From: Octopus bimaculoides
Lineage: Eukaryota
Direction: 5' to 3'
DNA: 64,000 nucleotides
Assembly (NCBI RefSeq): GCF_001194135.2
Contig: NC_069000.1
Coordinates: 35,754,261-35,818,260, forward strand
Below are positions 1-12,479 of the stretch, one piece after another; the first letter of the stretch is position 1, and the number at the start of each line of letters is the position of its first letter. The translations under genes and the position numbers were made by a program. Below the pieces are notes generated by a model, which saw only the letters and a program-made list of their open reading frames with translations, was not told the DNA's origin and searched no databases.

Positions 1-312
1 TACCAGCGCAATCGTCTCTCTTGCACACCACAACTGATGCTTCTAATGTTCAGCTTTTCTCTCAAGATACTTACACTCTGACGGGTATTCACATTGACAT
101 ATATATATATAAAGCAATAAGAAAATGGAGGAGATCAAGAGTTGGTATTTATCAACTTATAGACATTATATTATGTCTATTTTTTTTTTTTTAAAAAGAC
201 AATTGTAGCATTATACATACATGTATAACATATACTTTACATATATAATATATAAAATATAAAAATACCAGTAATTATTAAAATATATAACGTAGAACTT
301 AGAAAGTAGGAT

Positions 313-440
313 AAAATCTTACAGCTGTTTCAGCCAAGAGGTCATAGTACCCCATTCTACTTTTATCCCTCAAGTGAACTGAAGTATTTGGTAAATAAGA
401 TTAAGGAACTTGGGTGTGTCTGCGCTTCGTCAGAGAGTTT
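313..440 (-). ncRNA. Putative minimal type I hammerhead ribozyme with long stem II insert
   Basis: Minus strand: AAACUCU-CUGACGA-AGC...(about 90 nt)...GCU-GAAA-CAGCU-GUA-AGAUUUU. Stem I 6/7 pairs, palindromic stem III ACAGCUGU, GUA cleavage triplet. Confidence 0.55.
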
Positions 441-694
441 AGAAAGTTCATAAAGTTAAGTTATAAATACATACATATATACATACTTTTACATATATAC
501 GTAAATATACATAAACACATATACATATATTAAAATATATATACATATGTATATACATACAAAGGAATCAATTATTATTATTATTATTATTATTAGGTGT
601 ATTATATTATATTATTCTTATTAGATAAAGTACAAACAGAGGTAGGAGAAAGTTATTAAAAGAGAAATAATAGTGCAAATTTAAAAAATCAATG

Positions 695-1247
695 TCATCA
701 TCATCATCATCATCATTTAACGTCCGCTTTCCATGCTAGCATGGGTTGGACAATTTGACTGAGGACTGGTGAACCAGTTGGCTACACCAGGCTCCAATCT
801 GATTTGGCAGAGTTTCTACAGCTGGATGCCCTTCCTAACGCCAACCACTCAGAGAGTGTAGTGGGTGCTTTTACGTGCCACCGGCACGAAGGCCAGTCAG
901 GTGCTACTGACAACGGCCACGCTCAAAATGGTGTATTTTATGTGCCACCTGCACAGGAGCCAGTCCAGCGGCACCGGCAACGACCTCACTCGAATGTCTT
1001 TTCATGTGCCACCGACACAAGTGCCAGGAAGGCGATGCAGGTAACGATCACACTCAAATGGTGCTATTTACGTGCTACTGGCACGGAAGCCAAACAGCTG
1101 CTCTGGCAACAATCACGCTCGGACGGTGCCATCACGATTTCACTTTCACTTGCCCCAACAGGTCTTTGCAAGCCGAGTTTAGTGTCCAATGAAGGAGACG
1201 TTGGCATGGGTGCCAGTTGTCGAATTTAGCTCGATTTTGATTTCACG
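695..1247 (-). mobile_element. Family B SINE-like element with (GAT)n tail and internal ~65-bp tandem units
   Basis: ccaacccatgctagcatggaaagcggacgttaaa(gat)n 3' end. Other copies at about 9062-9512, 19488-19720, 19990-20672, 23090-23703, 28784-28975, 39528-39663, 42578-42746, 43640-44180, 57850-58250. Confidence 0.82.
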
Positions 1248-4200
1248 AAAAGGTATATACATCAGGAATATATATATGTATATACACATATACATGCACA
1301 TACACACACACACACACNNNNNNNNNNNNNNNNNNNNNNNNNNNNNNNNNNNNNNNNNNNNNNNNNNNNNNNNNNNNNNNNNNNNNNNNNNNNNNNNNNN
1401 NNNNNNNNNNNNNNNNNNNNNNNNNNNNNNNNNNNNNNNNNNNNNNNNNNNNNNNNNNNNNNNNNNNNNNNNNNNNNNNNNNNNNNNNNNNNNNNNNNNN
1501 NNNNNNNNNNNNNNNNNNNNNNNNNNNNNNNNNNNNNNNNNNNNNNNNNNNNNNNNNNNNNNNNNNNNNNNNNNNTGCCCATAGGTACATACATATCACA
1601 TATGTTGAGAAGGGAGTATTATTGCAGCAGTTCGTATTATTCTTTTTATATAATTATAACAATTATACACAAACATATATATATTCATATAAACATGTGA
1701 TATGTTTTCTATTGAGGGTTTTAGACAAAATGTATGTGTTTTCCTCTCCGACAACCGATGTTGGTGTGTTTATGTCCATGTAATTTAACGATACGACAAA
1801 ACAGACCAATAGAATAAGTATTAGGCTTACAAAGTCCTGAAGTTGATTTCTTCAACTAAAACCCATTAAGGTGGTGCTCCAGCGTGGTCACAGTTAAATG
1901 ACTGAAACAAGTAAAAGAGTAAACATTTTCATATTTAGCCACCTATGTATCATACTAAATGTATACACACTGTCAATAGGCCAGTTATTGAAGTTTTGCC
2001 CTGAGATAATATATCTCAGAGCATACTGTGTTAAAGGTGCAATAAATATCAGAAGGAGATGAAAATTCATTCCTGGAGTGGCCAGCAAGATGGCCAGATG
2101 TATTTTGGCCTTTTTGGACCTTTTCAATACTCACAGCTAGCCACATGCTTGGACAAGAATTTGTCATCTCTGATATAGAAAAAGTTGAATAAATCACTCA
2201 CTGATGTTGCAAATAGCTACCTTGGCTGATTAAATATTCGTTATACACAATTCAAGCAGTAATTAATTAAAATGTGTAAAATGGTTGGCATTAGGGAGGG
2301 CATCCAACTGCAAAAACCATGCCATAACAGACCTCACTAGTGTTGGTACCATGTAAAAAGTACCCAGTCCACTCTGTAAAGTGGTTGGCATTAGGAAGAG
2401 TATCTAGCCAAAACAGACCTCACACAGTGTTGATGCCATGTGGGAAGCACCCAGTTCACTCTGGAAAGTAGTTGGCTAAAAACCATGTTAAAACAGACAG
2501 TGGAACCTGGTTCAGTCCTTTGACTTGCCAGCTCCTGTCAAACCATCCAACCCATGCCTGCATTGAATGATCATCTATGTAGCATACATGTGTACATACT
2601 GGGATGAATTTTCATATCTCTCTGACATTTATTATCTTTTTAACACAGCTCCTTCATAAGAGTTCTCATCTCAGAACAAATACTGCAGTAACTAGCCTAT
2701 CAACATGGTCCAAACATAAAGTATGATACATAGATGATTATTTTAACAAAATTTTCTAAACATTTGTAAATATACATTATATATATATATATATATATAT
2801 ATTAACAACATACACTTTTACTTATTATCCTTCAACTTGTTCATACATATCTGTTCACACTGGTGACTCACACATGCTATCTTTCCATTGATCCTCTATC
2901 CACTTACATTGTTGTTAATTGATATATAATCATTCACACACGAATACACACATCTTTGTCAACCTAAACAATTGTACAGCAATTTATAAAGGTGACAGAT
3001 ACTAAAATCAATGAAACAGTCCCAGTGTTGAAAAAACAGTAATTAAATTCCACATGTCACGCATGAAAGGTCCTTTCAATACAAAAATTAAATATTATAA
3101 AATTTCATGAATATTTAAGATACATTGTTATTAATAAGATTATAATCGTTTAGGTTAAAGAGTAATTAACTGCATATTTGGAGAGGATTTTTTTTTTTAA
3201 TATTTACATATACTAATAGCTACTACTTGTTTTGAATTTTGGCCCAAAGCCAGGAATTTTGTGGGGAGAGGTGAGTCAATTATATTGACCCAATATTTAA
3301 CTGGTACTTATCTTAGTGGCCCAGAAACGATGAAAGGCAAAGTCAACTCCAGCAGCATTTGAACTCGTGACTTGTAGCTGAAAGAAATTGCATTAAACAT
3401 TTTGTCCATTGTGATAACGGTTCTAAATTTGCTGCCTTTAGTAAGATGCTGATACAAACAAATGAGATTTGGTAGATAGAAACTGTGCAGAAGTCTGTTG
3501 TAACATCATCATCAACATCATCATTGTCATCGTCATTGTTGTTGTTGCCATCGTCATCGTTATCATTTTACCATGCTGGAATAGGTTGGACAGGATTTTG
3601 GGTGAGGCAGTGTTTCACAGCAGAATTCCCTTTCTGATGCCAATTGTGTTAGTATGACAGAATGAGATATGATGAATTTATTCTGAAAACCAGGATACAC
3701 ACATGCACACAATCTCTATTTATCAATCTATCTATCTATCTTTTATTTCTCTCTTCCCCCCNNNNNNNNNNNNNNNNNNNNNNNNNNNNNNNNNNNNNNN
3801 NNNNNNNNNNNNNNNNNNATATATACCTGTGTGTATGTGCATGTGAGTGTGTGTTTGTGCGTGTGTGTGTGTGTGTGCGTGTGCATATGTATGTATATAT
3901 GTATTCATGTGTAGGCTCAGGTGTGGCTGTGTGGTAAGAAGCTTACTTCCCAACTACATAGTTCCAGGTTCAGTCCTACTGCGTGGTACCTTGGGCAAGT
4001 GTCTTTTACTATAGACTCAGGCCAACTTAAGCTTTGTGCATGGGTTTGGTAGACGAAAACTGAAAGAAGCCCGTCGTATGTGTGTGTGTAGTGGGAAGGT
4101 GATACAGAGAGAGACAATAAAGAAAGCAAAAACAAAGCCATAAGTGAATGAATCTCCATTGATTATCTTTGAACCATTCATAACTCAAATGGAATGGCAA

Positions 4201-4550
4201 ACAAGAGTAGACTTGATCTTGGAGAAGAGAAACAGACATGACCAGATTACCTTATTGCATCTCAATATGATAAACCACAATATGCTTAAGTTCACAGTGT
4301 TGGCCTCTACCAGGCAGAGTTATAGTACATCAAAAACAACAGATCAAGGGATTTCAGCTAATAATTTGAGCTTTGATATCAGTGGTTCTCTAACAGATAT
4401 CTAAAGGTAATTACAGAACTGTAAATTTTGATGGCTGGTGTCAGGAAGAGCATTCAACCAAAGCGAAAAAATATGTATATATGTATGTATGTATGTATGT
4501 ATGTACGTATGTACATATGTATGTAATGGATGGATGGATGGATGGATGTA

Positions 4551-5196
4551 GGCGCAGGAGTGGCTGTGAGGTAAGTAGCTTGCTTACCAGCCACATGGTT
4601 CTGGGTTCAGTCCCACTGCGTGGCACCATGGGCAAGTGACTTCTACTATAGCCTTGGGCCGACCAAAGCCTTGTCAGTGGATTTGGTAGACAGAAACTGG
4701 AAGAAGCCCGTTGTATATATGTATANNNNNNNNNNNNNNNNNNNNNNNNNNNNNNNNNNNNNNNNNNNNNNNNNNNNNNNNNNNNNNNNNNNNNNNNNNN
4801 NNNNNNNNNNNNNNNNNNNNNNNNNNNNNNNNNNNNNNNNNNNNNNNNNNNNNNNNNNNNNNNNNNNNNNNNNNNNNNNNNNNNNNNNNNNNNNNNNNNN
4901 NNNNNNNNNNNNNNNNNNNNNNNNNNNNNNNNNNNNNNNNNNNNNNNNNNNNNNNNNNNATGTATGTGTGTGTATATTTTTGTGTGTCTGTGTTTGTCCC
5001 CCAACTTCGCTTGACAACCGATGCTGGTGTGATTATGTCCCTGTAACTTAGCAGTTCGGCGAAAGAGACCGATAGAATAAGTACTAGGCTTCCAAAGAAT
5101 AAGTCCTGGGGTCGATTTCCTCGACTAAAGGCAGTGCCCCAGCATGGCCATAGTCAAATGACTGAAACAAGTAAAAGAGTAAAAAGAGAGTAAGAG
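4551..5196 (+). mobile_element. Family A SINE (ggcgcaggagtggctgtgtggtaag head, internal (AT)/(TG) microsatellite, taaaagag tail)
   Basis: Dispersed copies at about 23976-24348(+), 26580-26839(+), 26840-27020(-), 29780-30370(-), 32729-33130(-), 37286-37617(+), 51930-52495(-), 60040-60470(+). Most N gaps fall in its internal microsatellite. Confidence 0.85.
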
Positions 5197-5509
5197 TATG
5201 CATACATGTGTACATGTATATATGTATGCATGCATGTATATATCTACGTATGTGTGCGTGCATGTATGTATGTATGCATGCATGCATGTATGTATGTGTC
5301 TAACTATATAACCACTCATATGCTTTTCTCAGACTATTCTTTTCCTTATCTCCAGACCTCTCCTCTTTCCTTTTTCTAATGAAGAGCCAAGCCCAAAGCA
5401 TCACCCCTCCCCTCATTTTACCATCTTAAACGGAGAATCAATCTAATACATTGGACCTTTTGACTTTTGTTATTTTGCTTTTATTTTTGTTTTTATTTTT
5501 GATTTGCCT

Positions 5510-5544
<35 letters not shown>

Positions 5545-6288
5545 TCTCATCTTCATTATTATTGTTTAACCTCCGTTTTCCATGCTGGCATGGGTTGGAC
5601 AGTTTTACAAGAGCTGGCCAGGCAGGGAGCTGTCAAGAATCCATTTGTCCGTTGTGGCATGGTTTCTACAGCTCAATGCCCTTCCTTACACCAGTCACTT
5701 CACAGAGTGTACTGGGTGCTGGCACAGGTGTGTCATATATGCAGCACTGGTGCATTTCATGTGGCATCAGCCCCTGCAAAAGACAAACCAGTATGTATGG
5801 ATGACAGTGGTTTTACTTAGCGTGACACGTCTTCACAAGTACAGCAACTCACCACAACTTCCAGTCCTTTGTCATAATCTCAGTGAGGCCCCGCATCTGA
5901 AGATCCTTTCTAACCACTTCATCAAGCATCTTCTTTCCACAGGTTCCATCCACAAATAGAGCTCAGCACTTCTTTATGCAGCTGTCTTCATCCATATGCA
6001 TCACATGACCAAACCAGCACAGTCTTCTCTCTTGCAAACAACATTTGATACCTCTTATACCTAGTTTTCCTCTTAAATCATTTACACTCTATTGTGTATA
6101 CACACTGACATTACCCACTATATATATAGCTAAGTAAAAGCATGGTTATCCTTGCATACAGACTCATCCCTTGCAACTCTCTCCAGCTGAGCATCCCTAA
6201 TCTCGCGGATTCGTAAGTGCTGGTGCCACATAAAAAGCAACCATGTCAGTGCTGCATAAAAGCAGCCAGTACACTCTGTAAAGTGGTT

Positions 6289-6700
6289 TTCACTTTTGCA
6301 AATGTGAAAAAATGTGGTCGACCAAATTGCGCAACATGCCAAAACCTTCTAGAAGGATCAGAATTTCTTTTCAAAGAGGGACAAAAATTCAAAATCAAAT
6401 CTGACTTTACTTGTGCCTCAGAAAACTTGATTTATGTCATAAGATGCTCGGGCTGCCACCAAAATTACATAGGGTCCACGGGATTATAGCTCAGATGCAG
6501 ATGCACTCTGCATTGAGAGCAGATTGCATTCCCAGAATACAGAATGATACCCTTTAGTGAATATATTGAGAAATGCGCAAAACAAATACTACCACAATTT
6601 ATAATCTTTCCATTCTATCAATGTGCCATTGGAACACTAGCACAAATTAGATTAAATAAGGAAACCTTCTTCATTGAAAACTTAACCATTTCTAACATTT
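6289..6700 (+). mobile_element. Decayed Penelope-like GIY-YIG endonuclease fragment
   Basis: KKCGRPNCATC...FTCASENLIYVIRCSGCHQNYIGSTG*LRCRCTLH*EQI...FIIFPFY...RLNKETFFIE: Cys knuckle, IY..YIG and R/E motifs, with two in-frame stops. Confidence 0.8.
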
Positions 6701-7405
6701 TTAAATAAGGAAACTCACCTNNNNNNNNNNNNNNNNNNNNNNNNNNNNNNNNNNNNNNNNNNNNNNNNNNNNNNNNNNNNNNNNNNNNNNNNNNNNNNNN
6801 NNNNNNNNNNNNNNNNNNNNNNNNNNNNNNNNNNNNNNNNNNNNNNNNNNNNNNNNNNNNNNNNNNNNNNNNNNNNNNNNNNNNNNNNNNNNNNNNNNNN
6901 NNNNNNNNNNNNNNNNNNNNNNNNNNNNNNNNNNNNNNNNNNNNNNNNNNNNNNNNNNNNNNNNNNNNNNNNNNNNNNNNNNNNNNNNNNNNNNNNNNNN
7001 NNNNNNNNNNNNNNNNNNNNNNNNNNNNNNNNNNNNNNNNNNNNNNNNNNNNNNNNNNNNNNNNNNNNNNNNNNNNNNNNNNNNNNNNNNNNNNNNNNNN
7101 NNNNNNNNNNNNNNNNNNNNNNNNNNNNNNNNNNNNNNNNNNNNNNNNNNNNNNNNNNNNNNNNNNNNNNNNNNNNNNNNNNNNNNNNNNNNNNNNNNNN
7201 NNNNNNNNNNNNNNNNNNNNNNNNNNNNNNNNNNNNNNNNNNNNNNNNNNNNNNNNNNNNNNNNNNNNNNNNNNNNNNNNNNNNNNNNNNNNNNNNNNNN
7301 NNNNNNNNNNNNNNNNNNNNNNNNNNNNNNNNNNNNNNNNNNNNNNNNNNNNNNNNNNNNNNNNNNNNNNNNNNNNNNNNNNNNNNNNNNNNNNNNNNNN
7401 NNNNN

Positions 7406-8894
7406 TATGATGTTTTCTTTTTGATATTTGATAACCGTTACTTTTAGCTTACTTTAGAAGCAAATTGACCATAATTTTGTTAATAGCTGTTAGTTTAGTG
7501 TCAATATTAACATGGAGTGCAAAAATGAACATTTTCGACATATTTTGCATTTTTATTTTTGTAAAGGCAAGAAAGCTGCTGAGGCTCACAAAGAGATATG
7601 CGATGTTTATGGTGTTGATTGCTTAACAGAACACACATGTCAGAAATAGTTTTAAAAATCTCCGTTCTGGAGATTTTTTACTCAAAGATGACCAACGTTC
7701 TGGTTGACCTACTGAAGTTGATGATGACTGAATCAAAGCCATAATTGAAACTGCCATATAACTCAGTGGTTCCCAAAGTGGGCAGTACTGTTCCCCTGTC
7801 AGCAGAGGAAAGAACAAGAGGAGTGTTGAAGAAAAGTGGGGCAATAATAAGGTGTAAGCACCCCACCCCACCCCAAAAATAACGACATAATTAGGTTAAG
7901 TTTTATTTGTGAAATACTGTTGTTTTGAATTTGCAACAGAAAGTGTTCTACGCTTGTGGTGCTAAGTGGGGTGGGGGCAACTAGAAATGTGGTTCAAGTG
8001 TCAAGCAGGTGGCTGCCTGAAAAAGTTTGAGAACCTCTGATAAAACTGTGCAAGAGATTGCAGAGAGGTCAAATGTATCACACACAACAATGAAAATCAT
8101 TTAAAATGTCTTGGACTCGTTAAGAAGCTCAATATTTGGGTTCCACATAATTTGAAAGAGATTCACTTAACACAGCAAATCGATATTTGCGATGTGCATC
8201 TCAAACAATGAAATTGACATTTTTTTTTAAGCGAATCATAACTGGTGATGAAAAATGGATTGTCTACAATAGCATCAATCGAAAACGATCATGGTCCAAG
8301 TGTAATGAACCAGCATAAACCATATCGAAAGCTGAATTGCATCAAAAAAAGGTCATACTGTCAATTTGGTGAGATTACAAAGGTATTGTGTATTTGAGCT
8401 GCTTCCAAGGAACCAGACAATCAATTCAGATGTTTACTGTCAACAACTAATGAAACTGGAGGAAGCAATCAAAGAAAAACTGCCAGAATTGGCATATTGT
8501 AAAGGAATCATGTTCCACCATGACAACACTAGACCACACATGTCTTTACTAACTCATGAAAAATTATTGGAGCTTGGTTGGGAAGTGATGTCACATCCAT
8601 CATATAGTCACGATCTTGTACCATCAGATTACCAGTTATTTCAAAGTTTGCAAAGTTCTTTGAATGGTAAAACTTTCAATGATGATGATGACCTGAAATT
8701 GCACCTGCTTCAGTTTTTGAACCGTAAGGACCAGAAATTCTATAAGCATGGAATCGTGAAGTTGCCAGAAATATAGCAAAAGGTCATCGAACAAAATGAA
8801 AATATATAATTGACTGAAGTTCATTCTTTGTATGAAAAAAATGACTTTTATTTCACACTAAAGAACTGAAATTACTTTCTTGCCAACCAATATA
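7406..8894 (+). mobile_element. Decayed mariner (DD34D, Mos1/SETMAR-like) transposon
   Basis: ATG at 7512 (MECKNEHFRHIL...), WVPH, ITGDEKWI, HHDN.RPH, HPSYSHDLVPSDY, stop at 8815-8817. 3' TIR-like gaaattactttcttgccaaccaata then TA. Multiple stops and frameshifts. 5' TIR falls in the N gap. Confidence 0.92.
7764..8039. mobile_element. hAT (Charlie-type) MITE nested in the mariner
   Basis: TIRs cagtggttcccaaa / tttgagaacctctg; 8-bp TSD atataact / ataaaact. Confidence 0.85.
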
Positions 8895-9900
8895 TACGTT
8901 GATATTTAGCAGAAGTAACAAAGTGACTCAAAGTCCAAGAGTTTCATATGTTGGCACAGGAGAGGGCATGGCTGTGTGGTGAACATTTTGCTTCCCATCT
9001 AACCAAAGCTTTGTGACTGGACTTGGTAGATGGAAACTAAAAGAAGTCAGTTAAATAAAAATCGCTGACATGGCCAATGACAGTACAGCCTAATTGGCAC
9101 TCGTGCCAGTAGAACGTTAAAAGCTCATCCGAGCGTGATCGTTGCCAGGGCCACAGATTGGCTCCCGTACCGGTGACACATGAAAAGCACCATTCAAGCG
9201 TGATCATTGCCAGCGTCGCCTTACCAGTGCAAGTGCTGGTGGTACGGGAAAAACAGAATTCGAGCATGGTCATTGCCAGTGCCGCCAGACTGGCTCCCGT
9301 GCAGGTAGCACATAAAAACACCTTTTGAGCATGAGCGTGGTCATTGCCAGAACTACCTGACTGGCCCTCGTGCCAGTGGCACGTAAAAAGCACCCACTAC
9401 ACTCTGGGAATCGTTGGCATTAGGAAGGGCATCCAGCTGTAGAAACTTAGCCAGATCAGATTGAGCTTGGTGCAGCCTCTGGCTCACCAGTCCTCAGTCA
9501 AACCACCCAACCNNNNNNNNNNNNNNNNNNNNNNNNNNNNNNNNNNNNNNNNNNNNNNNNNNNNNNNNNNNNNNNNNNNNNNNNNNNNNNNNNNNNNNNN
9601 NNNNNNNNNNNNNNNNNNNNNNNNNNNNNNNNNNNNNNNNNNNNNNNNNNNNNNNNNNNNNNNNNNNNNNNNNNNNNNNNNNNNNNNNNNNNNNNNNNNN
9701 NNNNNNNNNNNNNNNNNNNNNNNNNNNNNNNNNNNNNNNNNNNNNNNNNNNNNNNNNNNNNNNNNNNNNNNNNNNNNNNNNNNNNNNNNNNNNNNNNNNN
9801 NNNNNNNNNNNNNNNNNNNNNNNNNNNNNNNNNNNNNNNNNNNNNNNNNNNNNNNNNNNNNNNNNNNNNNNNNNNNNNNNNNNNNNNNNNNNNNNNNNNN

Positions 9901-9941
<41 letters not shown>

Positions 9942-11378
9942 TTATTTTTTTATACTTTTATTCTTTCATTTGTTTCAGTCATTTCACAGTGACCATGCTG
10001 GAGCACCACCTTGAAGAGTTTTTACTGAACAAATTGACCCAAGGACTTATAGTTTTTCAAGCCTAGGTTTGTTTATGTCCCCATAATTTAGTGGTTTGAT
10101 AAAACAGACCAATAGAATTAACACCAGATGTAAAAAAAAAAATAAGTACTGACATCAGTTTTTTTCAGCTAAACCTGTAAAGGCAGTGCCCCAACATGGC
10201 CTCACTCCAATGACTGGAAGAAATAAAAAAAAAGAACTTAGAAGAACTCATTAGTTAGAAGCAATATGAGCGAGGTGACCAATTGAAATTCAACTCATTC
10301 TTTAAGTCAATATTTCCAGTATTGCATATGTAATCAATACAATTGATTGGTTAACTTGAACAATCATTTGAAATGAAGAGAGAATCGATTGGCAAGGCAA
10401 AGTAGCAACTATTATATCACTTTTATCCTACATCAATGTCCTTTCCCCATTTCAGACTCTCAGCAAAACTGAAGTCTTGAACCATACACTAGCATATAAC
10501 AAGTAACAAGTTAGAGAGGGAACCTCTATGCAGTTGCTCAGCTCTCTGCAAATAGTTAAATCTAACAATTGTACCCTACCATCTGGAATAAAGAATGGGT
10601 CAATAGACAGTGTTGTCTTATTATTTCCTTAATAATCATATTATTGATGACCATATGAAGTGGTCATGGTTAGAATGCCTTTGATCATAGGCCAGCTGGT
10701 TCACAGCTGAGTCGAATTTAAACTATAACAAGTTTCATTCAATCAGAGTAGTTCAATGAGGATTCAGTATTTGTGTGTGTGTGTGTGTGTCCGTGTGTAT
10801 GTGTCCAAGAGAACAGGAGAGCCTTTACATGGTTTCTCTCAATATCTTAGAAGTAGTAACCAGATGTCTTTCAATTTACATTCCACTATCTTATAAAGGG
10901 AAGGACATGTATTGGACACTGTAAACTTAGTTCCCTGCTAGACAAAAAGAAAGAAAGAGATTGCATGGCTTGAATGTCTTTCTTCTTAGGCCCACTAGAG
11001 CAGAGATAACTTAAACAAAAACAAGAACACACAAGATAACCTCTAAGTGGTAGCTTTCCTTGTTTGAAATAGTAACCAAATTTCCTTTAAATCATACTCT
11101 CTCTAGATCACATAAAAAAAAAAGGAGAAAGTGCATAAGAAAATGCAGTCCAAGATGCATATTGTCTGTAATGACTATGATAAAAGAATGAAGTGCCTCA
11201 CATAAAAAAAAAGTAAATGGTTATAGGTGAAGGCTTTCATCAATAGCTCTACTCGGGACTTACTTGCAGCCAATCAATAACGAATGCTATGTCTAAAGAT
11301 TCATGTCATGGCCGAATACTTTCATTTGAGATCTCTAACTCCAATGCAAAAATATACACTAAAATAATCTCTCTAAAT

Positions 11379-11693
11379 CAGTTGTTCTCAACTGGGGTCC
11401 ATATGGCTCTTGAGGGTGTATATAAGATTTTGGGGGATCCACACAACAAAATAGAAAAAATTTTGCTTCAGATGTATATATTGGTAAGTATTGCAAGAAA
11501 CAGCTAAGTTTCTTTCTCTAACATTTTATATAGTTCAGCCTACACAAGTTAATGTGTGAAAAAAAAGATAGGAATTTTGGAAGACGTTTCTATAAAACTA
11601 ATTTTTAAACATCAAATGATGATGGGGATCCACTAGAATAGAATAGTAATCAAAAGGGGTCCATAAATTTTTTTAAATAGTTGAGAACCTCTG
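11379..11693. mobile_element. hAT (Charlie-type) MITE
   Basis: TIRs cagttgttctcaac / gttgagaacctctg; perfect 8-bp TSD ctctaaat. Confidence 0.88.
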
Positions 11694-11974
11694 CTCTAAA
11701 TATAGAGCTTTGTCATTGCTAAAATGCTTTCTTTAAAATAGCATGTTAGAGTATGTGTATATATGAGAAAGTGTAGAGTCATACACACACACACAAAGAC
11801 TACAATGACAATGCTATGGGGAATGGAAAATCCAACACTTCAAACAATCCTTCTTCCAGGAAAAGTTGTTGACAAGAGAGACATCAAAGAAAGCTAGCAG
11901 GGTTTTATGTCCAGTTTGTTGGAGAAAGTGGCTACAGCTGTTGAGGTATGCAAGATGTGCGCTTCATACCACCA

Positions 11975-12040
<66 letters not shown>

Positions 12041-12479
12041 CATACACATTTATGTTTGTATCTGTGTATGCATTTATGCAAACATATATGGGTAAATGAA
12101 CTCACTAATAGCAATGTATGAGATTGACAAATTAGTAAGAAGCCATAATTTTAAAAGTACTTGCTGAAAGTTATTTTCAGTAATTTGTATATGTGTATGT
12201 ATGTATGCCTATATGTGTGTGTGGATAGATAGATTTAAATAAAAAAACAGCATATAGTTTCTTCCTCATTTAAAAAATTCTTTCTTTCATGACAGTACAA
12301 AAGAATATGAAGTGACATGTACTTTTAAATTTTACATGTTTATGTATACATATATCCTTTATTTATTTTTTATTAATGAATATCAATCATTTATAAATTA
12401 AGAAAATATCCTATGACTGGGATTTAGTGAGACAAATTACTTTTCCACTCAATAAATGAGCAGAAAACAATTAAGATTT

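Noticed and set aside
804-1229. 141-aa ORF, and similar ORFs at 9037-9393, 32621-33417, 43664-44139, 52032-52498
   Set aside because: These are chance open frames in family A and B SINE consensus sequence, repeated throughout the window.
2135-2169. Minus-strand 35-nt exon-like segment (ctttttctatatcag/AGATGACAAATTC...GCTAGCT/gtgagt)
   Set aside because: Splice sites are good, but I recognise neither translation (MTNSCPSMWLA or DDKFLSKHVAS) and found no partner exons. Needs RNA-seq.
4144-4404. 86-aa ORF in apparently unique sequence
   Set aside because: No recognisable domain, no convincing splice context, and length is compatible with chance.
11860-11945. Plus-strand exon-like segment (ttcttccag/.../GAG gtatgc) upstream of ZNF341
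   Set aside because: Could be a non-coding 5' exon, but nothing links it to exon 1 and there is no homology.
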